Origin: a bacterium
Lineage (GTDB): Bacteria; Chloroflexota; Dehalococcoidia; Tepidiformales; Tepidiformaceae
Length of the DNA stretch: 41,614 nucleotides
Assembly (NCBI GenBank): GCA_017308185.1
Contig: JAFKFP010000105.1
Location: 1-41,614, forward strand
Direction of reading: 5' to 3'
The position numbers were made by a program, and so were the translations under genes. Positions 35,371 through 41,614 of the stretch are shown here, piece after piece. The notes under the pieces are model-generated. The model worked only from the letters and a program-made list of their open reading frames with translations. It was not told where the DNA came from and did not search any database. Every line of letters begins with the position of its first letter. Position 1 is the stretch's first letter.

Positions 35371-37160
35371 CTATTGGGCGGCGGAGGTTTCGACCTGTGA
35401 CTGCGGTGCCGCGCCGTTTGTGTTGTGGCGGCCGTTCGAGGTGACGTCGCGGAAGCCCATGGTATAGAGGTTGGCGTACATGCCGCCGAGCCGCATGAGT
35501 TCGGCGTGGTTGCCTTCTTCCGCGACGCGGCCGTGGTCGATCACGATGATGCGGTCGGCGTCCCGCACAGTAGACAGACGGTGCGCGATGATGAGCGTGG
35601 TGTGAGTTGGCGCTGGCCGAGGCTGAGGTTTGCGCCATTGGGCAGCACGCGCGTGTCGTAGCCCTTCTCCATGCGCATGATGAGGTCGTGGACGCCGACG
35701 GCGCGTGCAGCCGTTTCCACTTCGGCGTCCGTGGCGTCTGGCTTTCCAAACGCGATGTTGCCGCGAATCGTGCCGGAGAAGATGAATGGGTCCTGCAGCA
35801 CAATGCCCATCTGGCTGCGGAGTGACTGCATGGTGATATCGCGGACATCGTGACCGTCCACGAGGACGGCGCCGCCAGTCACATCGTAGAAGCGCGCGAG
35901 CAGGCTGATGACCGTCGTCTTGCCGGCGCCCGTAGGACCGACGAACGCGACATGCTCACCAGGCTTGACGTGGATGTCGAGTCCATGCAGGACTTCGACG
36001 CCTTCTTTGTAGCCGAAGTGGACATCCCGGAATTCGATCTCACCGCGCCCCGAAGTCAGTTCCTGGGCGTCCGGGGCATCGGCGACGTCCTGGGGCCAGT
36101 CGAGGATTTCGAAGATGCGCTCGGCGGCGACGGTCGCTCGCTGCATGTTGCTGTATTGCTGGGTCATGTCGCGGATGGGGTCGAAGAAGCGGTTGATGTA
36201 GAGCGCGTAGGAGACGAGGAAACCGAGTTCGAGCGCACCTGAGCGGACCATGAGGCCGCCCACGAACACGGCCACCGCCAGCGCAATCGCGGATACCACG
36301 GCGACGAGCGGCTGGATGAACGCCGTCACCTTGCCGGCGTGCACGTTCGCCTGCATGTTCTTGTCGTTCACGCGCTCGAAGTTGTGCGAGTTCTGCCGTT
36401 CCCGGGTGAGGCTCTGGATCACGCGGGCGCCGGAGACGTTCTCCTGGATGGTCGCGTTCACTTCGGAGATGGAATCGCGGGCGCGGAGGAAGGCGCGCCG
36501 GGCAGTACGTTGCCAGACCCAGAGGGCAATCGTCATGACGGGGATGCTGATGGACACGAGCAGCGCCAGTTCCCACTGGAGGACGAACAAGAACACCATG
36601 ATCCCGATCAGGCTCAGGAAGCTCCCGAAGATGGAGATCATGCCGTTGCTGAGAACCTGCTGCAGGACCGTCACATCGTTCTGCATCCGCGCCATGACGC
36701 GGCCGGTCTCGTTCTCATCGAAGAACGTGAGGGAGAGGGATGCGACGTGGTGAAACATGTCGGACGCAACGCGGTACAGCGCATGCTGGCCGACCCATGT
36801 CATCTGGTAGACCTGCTGGAACTGCGAAAGCCAGAGGATCGTGTTGTTGACGAGGAAGAAGAAGCACATCCAGAAGAGGCCGGTCTGGTTATGTTTCGTA
36901 ATCTCGTTGATGGCAAGCCCCGGGATGAGCGGGTTCACGACGCTGGCAAGCGTGTTGATCAACAACAGCACGATGCCGGCCCAGATACGCAGCTTGAACG
37001 GCGCCGCATAGCGCCAGAGGCGGCCCAGCACCCTCGGATCGAACGCCTTGCCGAAGTCCGCTTCGGAGGTGGTGAGGTTGCCGCTCCCGCCCATCCGCGT
37101 GCCGCTGCCGAGCGCGATGCCGCGGAACCCTCCCATGCCCATGCCGCCGCCGCCGCCCAT
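35371..37160 (-). pseudogene. ABC exporter half-transporter (TMD-NBD) with out-of-frame internal deletion removing Walker B/D-loop
   Basis: ORF 35541-37160 has a 6-TM exporter domain, Walker A 'GPTGAGKTT', the Q-loop and the signature 'LSLGQRQL'. It then runs into nonsense ('[20 protein letters not shown]'). A different frame from about 35601 reads '[36 protein letters not shown]...' (H-loop to C-terminus, ORF 35371-35568). About 40 aa are missing ('..ARALL...ILILDEATSxVD...GR') relative to the intact neighbour. Confidence 0.75.
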
Positions 37161-38923
37161 TAGCCCGCCACCTCCGCCAGTGGTTCCATGGCCGCGTCCT
37201 GGCCTTTGAGCTGGAGGTCATAGATCTCACGGTAGGGACCGGGGACGGCCACCAGTTCGCTGTGAGTCCCCCGCTGGACGATCTCGCCATGTTCCAACAC
37301 GAGGATCTGGTCGGCCTCGATCACGGTACGCAGCCGGTGCGCGATGACAAACGACGTGCGGCCCTTCATGAGCGTCGCGAGCGCCTGTTGGATGAGGTAC
37401 TCGGTCTCCATGTCCACCGATGAGGTGGAGTCATCGAGGACGAGGATGCGCGGGTCCGTGAGAAGCGTCCGCGCGATGGCGATGCGCTGCTTCTGCCCGC
37501 CCGATAGCGTCATGCCACGCTCGCCCACCCAGGTGTCGTAGCCGTCGGGGAGGGAATCGATGAAGGTGTGGACCTGGGCGATGCGTGCCGCAGCCTCTAC
37601 CTCTTCATCCGTGGCGCCGGGCTTACCGTAGGCGATGTTGGCCCGGATGGTGGCGGTGAACAGAAACGGCTCCTGGAGGACGACCGCAACGTTCGTGCGG
37701 AGTGACTCGATGGTGACGTCGCGGATGTCGGTGCCATCGATGGTGATGCGGCCACTCGTGACATCGTAGAAGCGCGGGAGCAGGTTGAGCAGCGTCGTCT
37801 TGCCGCTGCCCGTGGCGCCAAGCAGAGCGACGACCTGGCCCGGTTTCGCGTCGATGTTGATCCCCCGCACGACTGGCGCCGTGCGCGAATACGAAAAGGC
37901 CACATCTTCGAACCGGATGTGTCCCTCCACTGGCCCGAGCGGCAGGGCACCGGGCGCGTCGGCAACTTCGGAGACGGTGTCGATGATGTCGAAAATGCGG
38001 GTGCCTGACGATACGGCGCGAGTCGCGAGAGTGACGAGTGGCCCGAGCGTACGCACCGGCGTCGCCACCAGCGTGGCGTACGAACTGAAGGCAACCAGCG
38101 TGCCGACGCTCATGTGGCCATGGATGGCAAGATACCCACCGTAGGCCAGGATGATGAGTGACACGGCGTTGAGGATGTAAACGAGGAACGGCTGGTTGAA
38201 CGCCGCGATGCGGTTGGCTGCGATGCTGCGTTCGCGCACCGACCAGTTCGCATCCTGGAACAGTTTGAACTGGCGCGCCTCCTGGTTGAGCGCTTTCACC
38301 ACGCGCATGCCCGTGATGCTCTCCTGGAGGACAGATGTCTCAACACCCACCTGCTGCTGGACTTCGTTCCAGAGCGGGCGGGTCTTCATCGACATGTAGA
38401 TCGCGGCTGCGGAAACGAACGGGAGCGAGGCCAGGACGACGAGCGCGAGTTCCCAGTTCTTCAACAGCATGATGACCACGACCACCACCAGGAGGCCAAA
38501 CGCGTAGGCGATGCGAAGCAGTCCGTTGCTGAGGAACTGGCGGCAGTTGTCAACGTCCACGGTTGCGCGGGACATCAACTGCCCCGTCTCAGTCTTGTCG
38601 TGGAACGCGAAGCTGAGGCCCTGCACGCGCTCATAGAAGTCACGGCGGAGATCAAACGCGACGTTCTGCGCGATGAACTCGCCATAGTAGGTCTGCATAT
38701 AGCGGGCCACGCCCAGGCCTACGGAAAACGCCACGATCGCGATGGCCGAGCCGAGGAGGGCGGCGTTATTGTGCGCGGTGATGCCCGAGTCGATCGCCCA
38801 CTCAAGCATCAGTGGCGTCAGGGCGCCGAAACCGATGGAAGCGAACATGCCGATGTAGCCAAGTACGACAACGCGCCGGTGGCCTTTGAGGTAGGCGACA
38901 AGGCGAAACAGGATTTTCAGCAC
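37160..38923 (-). CDS. ABC exporter half-transporter (TMD-NBD), intact
   Basis: 587 aa. 6-TM exporter domain. 'GATGSGKTT', 'LSGGQKQRIAIAR', 'ILVLDDSTSSVD' and 'FVIAHRL' are all present. Its TAA stop overlaps the ATG of the downstream partner (TAATG at 37160). GTG start at 38923. Confidence 0.9.
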   Translation of the reverse strand: MLKILFRLVAYLKGHRRVVVLGYIGMFASIGFGALTPLMLEWAIDSGITAHNNAALLGSAIAIVAFSVGLGVARYMQTYYGEFIAQNVAFDLRRDFYERVQGLSFAFHDKTETGQLMSRATVDVDNCRQFLSNGLLRIAYAFGLLVVVVVIMLLKNWELALVVLASLPFVSAAAIYMSMKTRPLWNEVQQQVGVETSVLQESITGMRVVKALNQEARQFKLFQDANWSVRERSIAANRIAAFNQPFLVYILNAVSLIILAYGGYLAIHGHMSVGTLVAFSSYATLVATPVRTLGPLVTLATRAVSSGTRIFDIIDTVSEVADAPGALPLGPVEGHIRFEDVAFSYSRTAPVVRGINIDAKPGQVVALLGATGSGKTTLLNLLPRFYDVTSGRITIDGTDIRDVTIESLRTNVAVVLQEPFLFTATIRANIAYGKPGATDEEVEAAARIAQVHTFIDSLPDGYDTWVGERGMTLSGGQKQRIAIARTLLTDPRILVLDDSTSSVDMETEYLIQQALATLMKGRTSFVIAHRLRTVIEADQILVLEHGEIVQRGTHSELVAVPGPYREIYDLQLKGQDAAMEPLAEVAG

Positions 38924-39082
38924 TTCTGCAGGCTATGGTAGTGATATCTGACGTTCACGTAAAGGTACGGGAGCTGCAGCTGGCAGGGCAGCGCAACCGG
39001 GCAACATCATGAGGGCCGGCCGTGCTCGATCCATCGGGGCGCGGGCGAGCCATCTGTGCGGGAAGTGAGGGGGCGCCGAGGG

Positions 39083-39111
39083 TTGACGGCGCATTTGCCG
39101 CTTGCTATTCT
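39083..39111 (+). promoter_or_regulatory. candidate sigma-70-type promoter of rpoD
   Basis: TTGACG (39083-39088), a 17-nt spacer, then TATTCT (39106-39111), about 67 nt upstream of the rpoD ATG. Confidence 0.4.
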
Positions 39112-39141
39112 GGGAATGGACGAGTTTGCCCATTTTCAGTA

Positions 39142-39157
39142 GAGGCTGCGCAGCCTC
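39142..39157 (+). promoter_or_regulatory. perfect 16-nt palindrome in the rpoD leader
   Basis: GAGGCTGCGCAGCCTC is self-complementary. It lies between the candidate promoter and the AAGGAG SD (39168-39173). Confidence 0.5.
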
Positions 39158-39177
39158 GCGGGCAAAGAAGGAGTTTC

Positions 39178-40785
39178 ATGGCTGAAGATACACTCACAGA
39201 AGATGCGGTCTCAAGTGACGACGCGGTCATCGCGGGCGTCTTGAGCCGTCTCGCCGGCGCTGACGCCGACCCCGAAGAGGACGGCGCCGACGCACCGGTA
39301 GACGAGGATGAGGATGCGCCGCTCGATGCTGAGGAAGAAGAGGAAGAGGAGGAGGACGCCAACCTCACGCTCATGGCGGAAGAGACGGAAGGGATCGATG
39401 ACCCCGTCCGGATGTACCTGCGTGAAATCGGCAAGGTCTACCTGCTCACCGCCGACGACGAGAAACACCGCGCTCAACAGACGGAGGAAGGCCTCCACAT
39501 CCAGGCCATCGAAGCTGCATACCACGACGCGTTTGGGCACAAGCCATCCGCGGCGCGCGTGGCTGTCACCCTCCTCGAACAGTGGGCGAGCCTGCTCAAG
39601 GTCTATAAGGCCGCCAAAGTCTTCGTCGATGACTATGAAAAGCTAATGGAAGCGCGGCCAGCGCAGCCCGAGGAGGAGGGCACGCGACGTGCCGCCCGCT
39701 GGCGCGATGCTGACGCCGCCAAGATCAAGTCGCTGTCCCTCTCCGAGACCATCGGCAACGGACAGTTCCGCGGACTGATCGATGGCGAGATGGATCTCGA
39801 CTTCCGGCAGTATGTCGTCAACAAACTCAAACTGCCCGAGGACGAAGCGCACCAGCAGATCGTGCAGCTTTCGATCGTGACGCACATCCTCACCGAAGAC
39901 CTGGTCCACTCGATGGGCGAAGAGGCCGGCGGCGAGGATCAGCTCGTGCCGCCTGCCGATGACCTTGTCGAGAAGATCGCCGCCCTCGAAGAGAAGCTGC
40001 GTTACCACTTCGACACCCTCAAGCGGAACGGCGAAAAGTCCACCAAGCGGCTCACGGAGGCGAACCTCCGCCTCGTCGTCTCGGTCGCGAAGAAGTACAT
40101 CGGCCGCGGCATGTCGCTTTTGGACCTCATCCAGGAAGGGAACATCGGCCTCATCCGCGCCGTCGAGAAGTTCGACTACCGCAAAGGCTTCAAGTTCTCG
40201 ACCTACGCCACGTGGTGGATCCGCCAGGCCATTACCCGCGCCATCGCGGACCAGGCCCGCACGATCCGCATCCCCGTGCACATGGTGGAGACGATCAACA
40301 AGCTTGTGCGCGTGAGCCGCCGCCTCGTGCAGGAGTATGGCCGCGAACCCACGAGCGACGAGATCGCGCGCGGCATGATGGAGACCGGCAAGCAGGACAC
40401 CTCCTCGAGCTATACGCCCGACCGTATCCGCGAAATCCAGAAGGTTTCGCAGGAACCGGTCTCGCTCGAGACCCCGATCGGCGAAGAGGAAGACAGCCAC
40501 CTCGGCGACTTCCTCGAAGATCCGAGCGCGCTCGCCCCCGCCGACGCAGCCAGCCAGCAGCTGCTCCGCGAACAGGTCGAGGACGTGCTCGCCAGCCTCA
40601 CCGGGCGCGAGCGGCGTGTGCTGCAGTTGCGCTTCGGGCTCGAAGATGGCCGCAGCCGCACCCTGGAAGAGGTTGGCCGCGAGTTTGGCGTGACGCGGGA
40701 GCGCATCCGGCAGATAGAGGCCAAGGCGTTGCGGAAGCTGCGCCATCCGAGCCGCAGCCGCAAGCTGAAGGACTACCTGGACTAG
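39178..40785 (+). CDS. rpoD: primary RNA polymerase sigma factor (sigma-70 family group 1)
   Basis: ATG 39178 follows AAGAAGGAG. Acidic region 1.1 '[20 protein letters not shown]'. '[21 protein letters not shown]' (1.2), '[76 protein letters not shown]' (2.1-2.4) and '[31 protein letters not shown]' (4.2). Confidence 0.95.
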   Translation: MAEDTLTEDAVSSDDAVIAGVLSRLAGADADPEEDGADAPVDEDEDAPLDAEEEEEEEEDANLTLMAEETEGIDDPVRMYLREIGKVYLLTADDEKHRAQQTEEGLHIQAIEAAYHDAFGHKPSAARVAVTLLEQWASLLKVYKAAKVFVDDYEKLMEARPAQPEEEGTRRAARWRDADAAKIKSLSLSETIGNGQFRGLIDGEMDLDFRQYVVNKLKLPEDEAHQQIVQLSIVTHILTEDLVHSMGEEAGGEDQLVPPADDLVEKIAALEEKLRYHFDTLKRNGEKSTKRLTEANLRLVVSVAKKYIGRGMSLLDLIQEGNIGLIRAVEKFDYRKGFKFSTYATWWIRQAITRAIADQARTIRIPVHMVETINKLVRVSRRLVQEYGREPTSDEIARGMMETGKQDTSSSYTPDRIREIQKVSQEPVSLETPIGEEEDSHLGDFLEDPSALAPADAASQQLLREQVEDVLASLTGRERRVLQLRFGLEDGRSRTLEEVGREFGVTRERIRQIEAKALRKLRHPSRSRKLKDYLD

Positions 40786-40813
40786 AGTCCCGCGAGCCAC
40801 GCACCAAAATCCG

Positions 40814-40843
40814 AGGAGGCGCTGCCGATTGGGAGCGCCTCCT
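40814..40843 (+). terminator. hairpin downstream of rpoD
   Basis: AGGAGGCGCT (40814-40823) and AGCGCCTCCT (40834-40843) form a perfect 10-bp stem with a 10-nt loop. It lies 29 nt after the rpoD TAG. Confidence 0.55.
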
Positions 40844-40902
40844 ATGTGTCTCGAACCAGCAGTGAGATTGACGCGCAGACGTTACGGGATGTAGATCCCC
40901 GC

Positions 40903-41478
40903 ATGAGCCCGTGTTCGGTCGACCTCTATTGGATCCCTGTGGCGGCCGGGACACCGCGGCTTCAGCGCGCAAGCCTGCGCTGGTGGGAGTGGTTCGAGGC
41001 GATGCGCTGCCGGCGACCGCGCGCAACGCTGTTCCATTCCGCCCTCAAGATCATCGACGATAAGGGCCGAAAGTCCACGCTGGAACTCGCGCCAGCCTTC
41101 CTCGGCGACGATCCGCCACCCGTCGCGACCGGCCCGGTCGCCTTCCGAGGGGCCGACCGCATCCGGCTGTTGCGCTACCACTTTCGTTGGATGCCGGTTG
41201 AACGCCTGCCGGATGAGGCCTGGGCAGTGGGGGAACCGGTCCACCTGACTGACAACTGCCTCATCCTCAACCGGATCATCGAGCTTGCTCCACGCCTCCC
41301 GCGCCTGGTGTGGGGCCGCCACGCCCCGGGTACTGACGAGATGTGGACCTCGGACTCCGCTATCTCATGGCTCCTGGAATGTGCAGGCATCGACCTGTCC
41401 GGCGTACATCCACCACCCGGAGGCAGGGCTCCAGGCTGGTACGCGGGCATTGCGTGGGCACACAGGGTTGCCGGCTAG
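40903..41478 (+). CDS. conserved hypothetical protein (Trp/Arg-rich, no recognised domain)
   Basis: In-frame ATG 40903 lies after the rpoD terminator hairpin; the ORF-track GTG 40846 abuts the hairpin. 'SVDLYWIPVAAGTPRL...LFHSALKIIDDKGRKSTLELAPAF...FRYHFRWMPVERLPDEAWAV...VWGRHAPGTDEMWTSDSAISWLL...PPPGGRAPGWYAG' is coding-like and non-repetitive. I recall similar unannotated actinobacterial proteins but cannot name a family. Confidence 0.55.
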   Translation: MSPCSVDLYWIPVAAGTPRLQRASLRWWEWFEAMRCRRPRATLFHSALKIIDDKGRKSTLELAPAFLGDDPPPVATGPVAFRGADRIRLLRYHFRWMPVERLPDEAWAVGEPVHLTDNCLILNRIIELAPRLPRLVWGRHAPGTDEMWTSDSAISWLLECAGIDLSGVHPPPGGRAPGWYAGIAWAHRVAG

Positions 41479-41492
41479 CTTATGCTGGCTGA

Positions 41493-41614
41493 ATGGGCGA
41501 GCCACGGACGGAGCCGCTGGAATTCGACTACGACACAGCCCCGTGGCGCCTCGCCCTGGGCCGCGAGAACTCCCAGCGTTACGCCACTGCCACCAACGAT
41601 ATCCATCCTCTCGT
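41493..41614 (+). CDS. 5' fragment of a MaoC-like (hotdog-fold) dehydratase, truncated by the window end
   Basis: ATG 41493 gives 'MGEPRTEPLEFDYDTAPWRLALGRENSQRYATATNDIHPL'. The 'YAxAxxDxxPxH' pattern is typical of MaoC dehydratase N-termini. Only 40 codons are visible. Confidence 0.45.
   Translation, partial: MGEPRTEPLEFDYDTAPWRLALGRENSQRYATATNDIHPL

Noticed and set aside
39643-40800. 385-aa ORF antisense to rpoD
   Set aside because: It fully overlaps an unambiguous sigma-70 gene. Its composition is Arg/Ala/Gly-rich and low in information, typical of stop-poor antisense frames in high-GC DNA. It has no SD.

Overview
This is a high-GC, densely coding bacterial chromosomal segment. GC is roughly mid-60s % judged by eye from a few lines, not computed. 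I count about 36 protein genes. Strong GGAGG-type ribosome-binding sites and frequent ATGA or TAATG stop/start overlaps are visible. I found no rRNA, tRNA, CRISPR array, transposase or integrase. The taxon cannot be fixed from the sequence; Pro/Thr linkers, an EF-G2-type paralog and an exonuclease-fused DinG fit a Chloroflexota- or Actinomycetota-like organism.

The backbone is housekeeping. It includes the primary sigma factor RpoD, an EF-G paralog, DinG, an ABC-F ATPase and a minus-strand chain S2P protease-HD-tyrA-aroA-gmk. It also includes thioredoxin-TPR, glutathione peroxidase, an aldo/keto reductase, CoA-transferase/crotonase/patatin, a kinase-fold phosphotransferase, an HNH nuclease and a cyclase-family hydrolase.

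The items worth a second look are:
- A hicB-hicA pair whose toxin is frameshifted at the G-S-H motif.
- An operon of two paralogous membrane-anchored propeller-like proteins plus an SLT/SH3 muralytic protein (18889-23046). It is the most system-like uncharacterised block, and its hydrolase carries an in-frame TAG inside the catalytic domain.
- An Mrr nuclease tightly followed by an orphan DUF2283 gene.
- A paired ABC exporter in which one half-transporter has an out-of-frame internal deletion removing Walker B.
- An array of twelve 7-nt GAGGGAT/GAGGACT repeats filling an intergenic gap.
- Several large exported or membrane fusion proteins with low-complexity linkers.
- A 28-codon membrane-peptide ORF below the ORF-track cutoff.

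I see no recognisable complete novel defence or mobile system. All family assignments come from motif reading and need HMM or BLAST confirmation.
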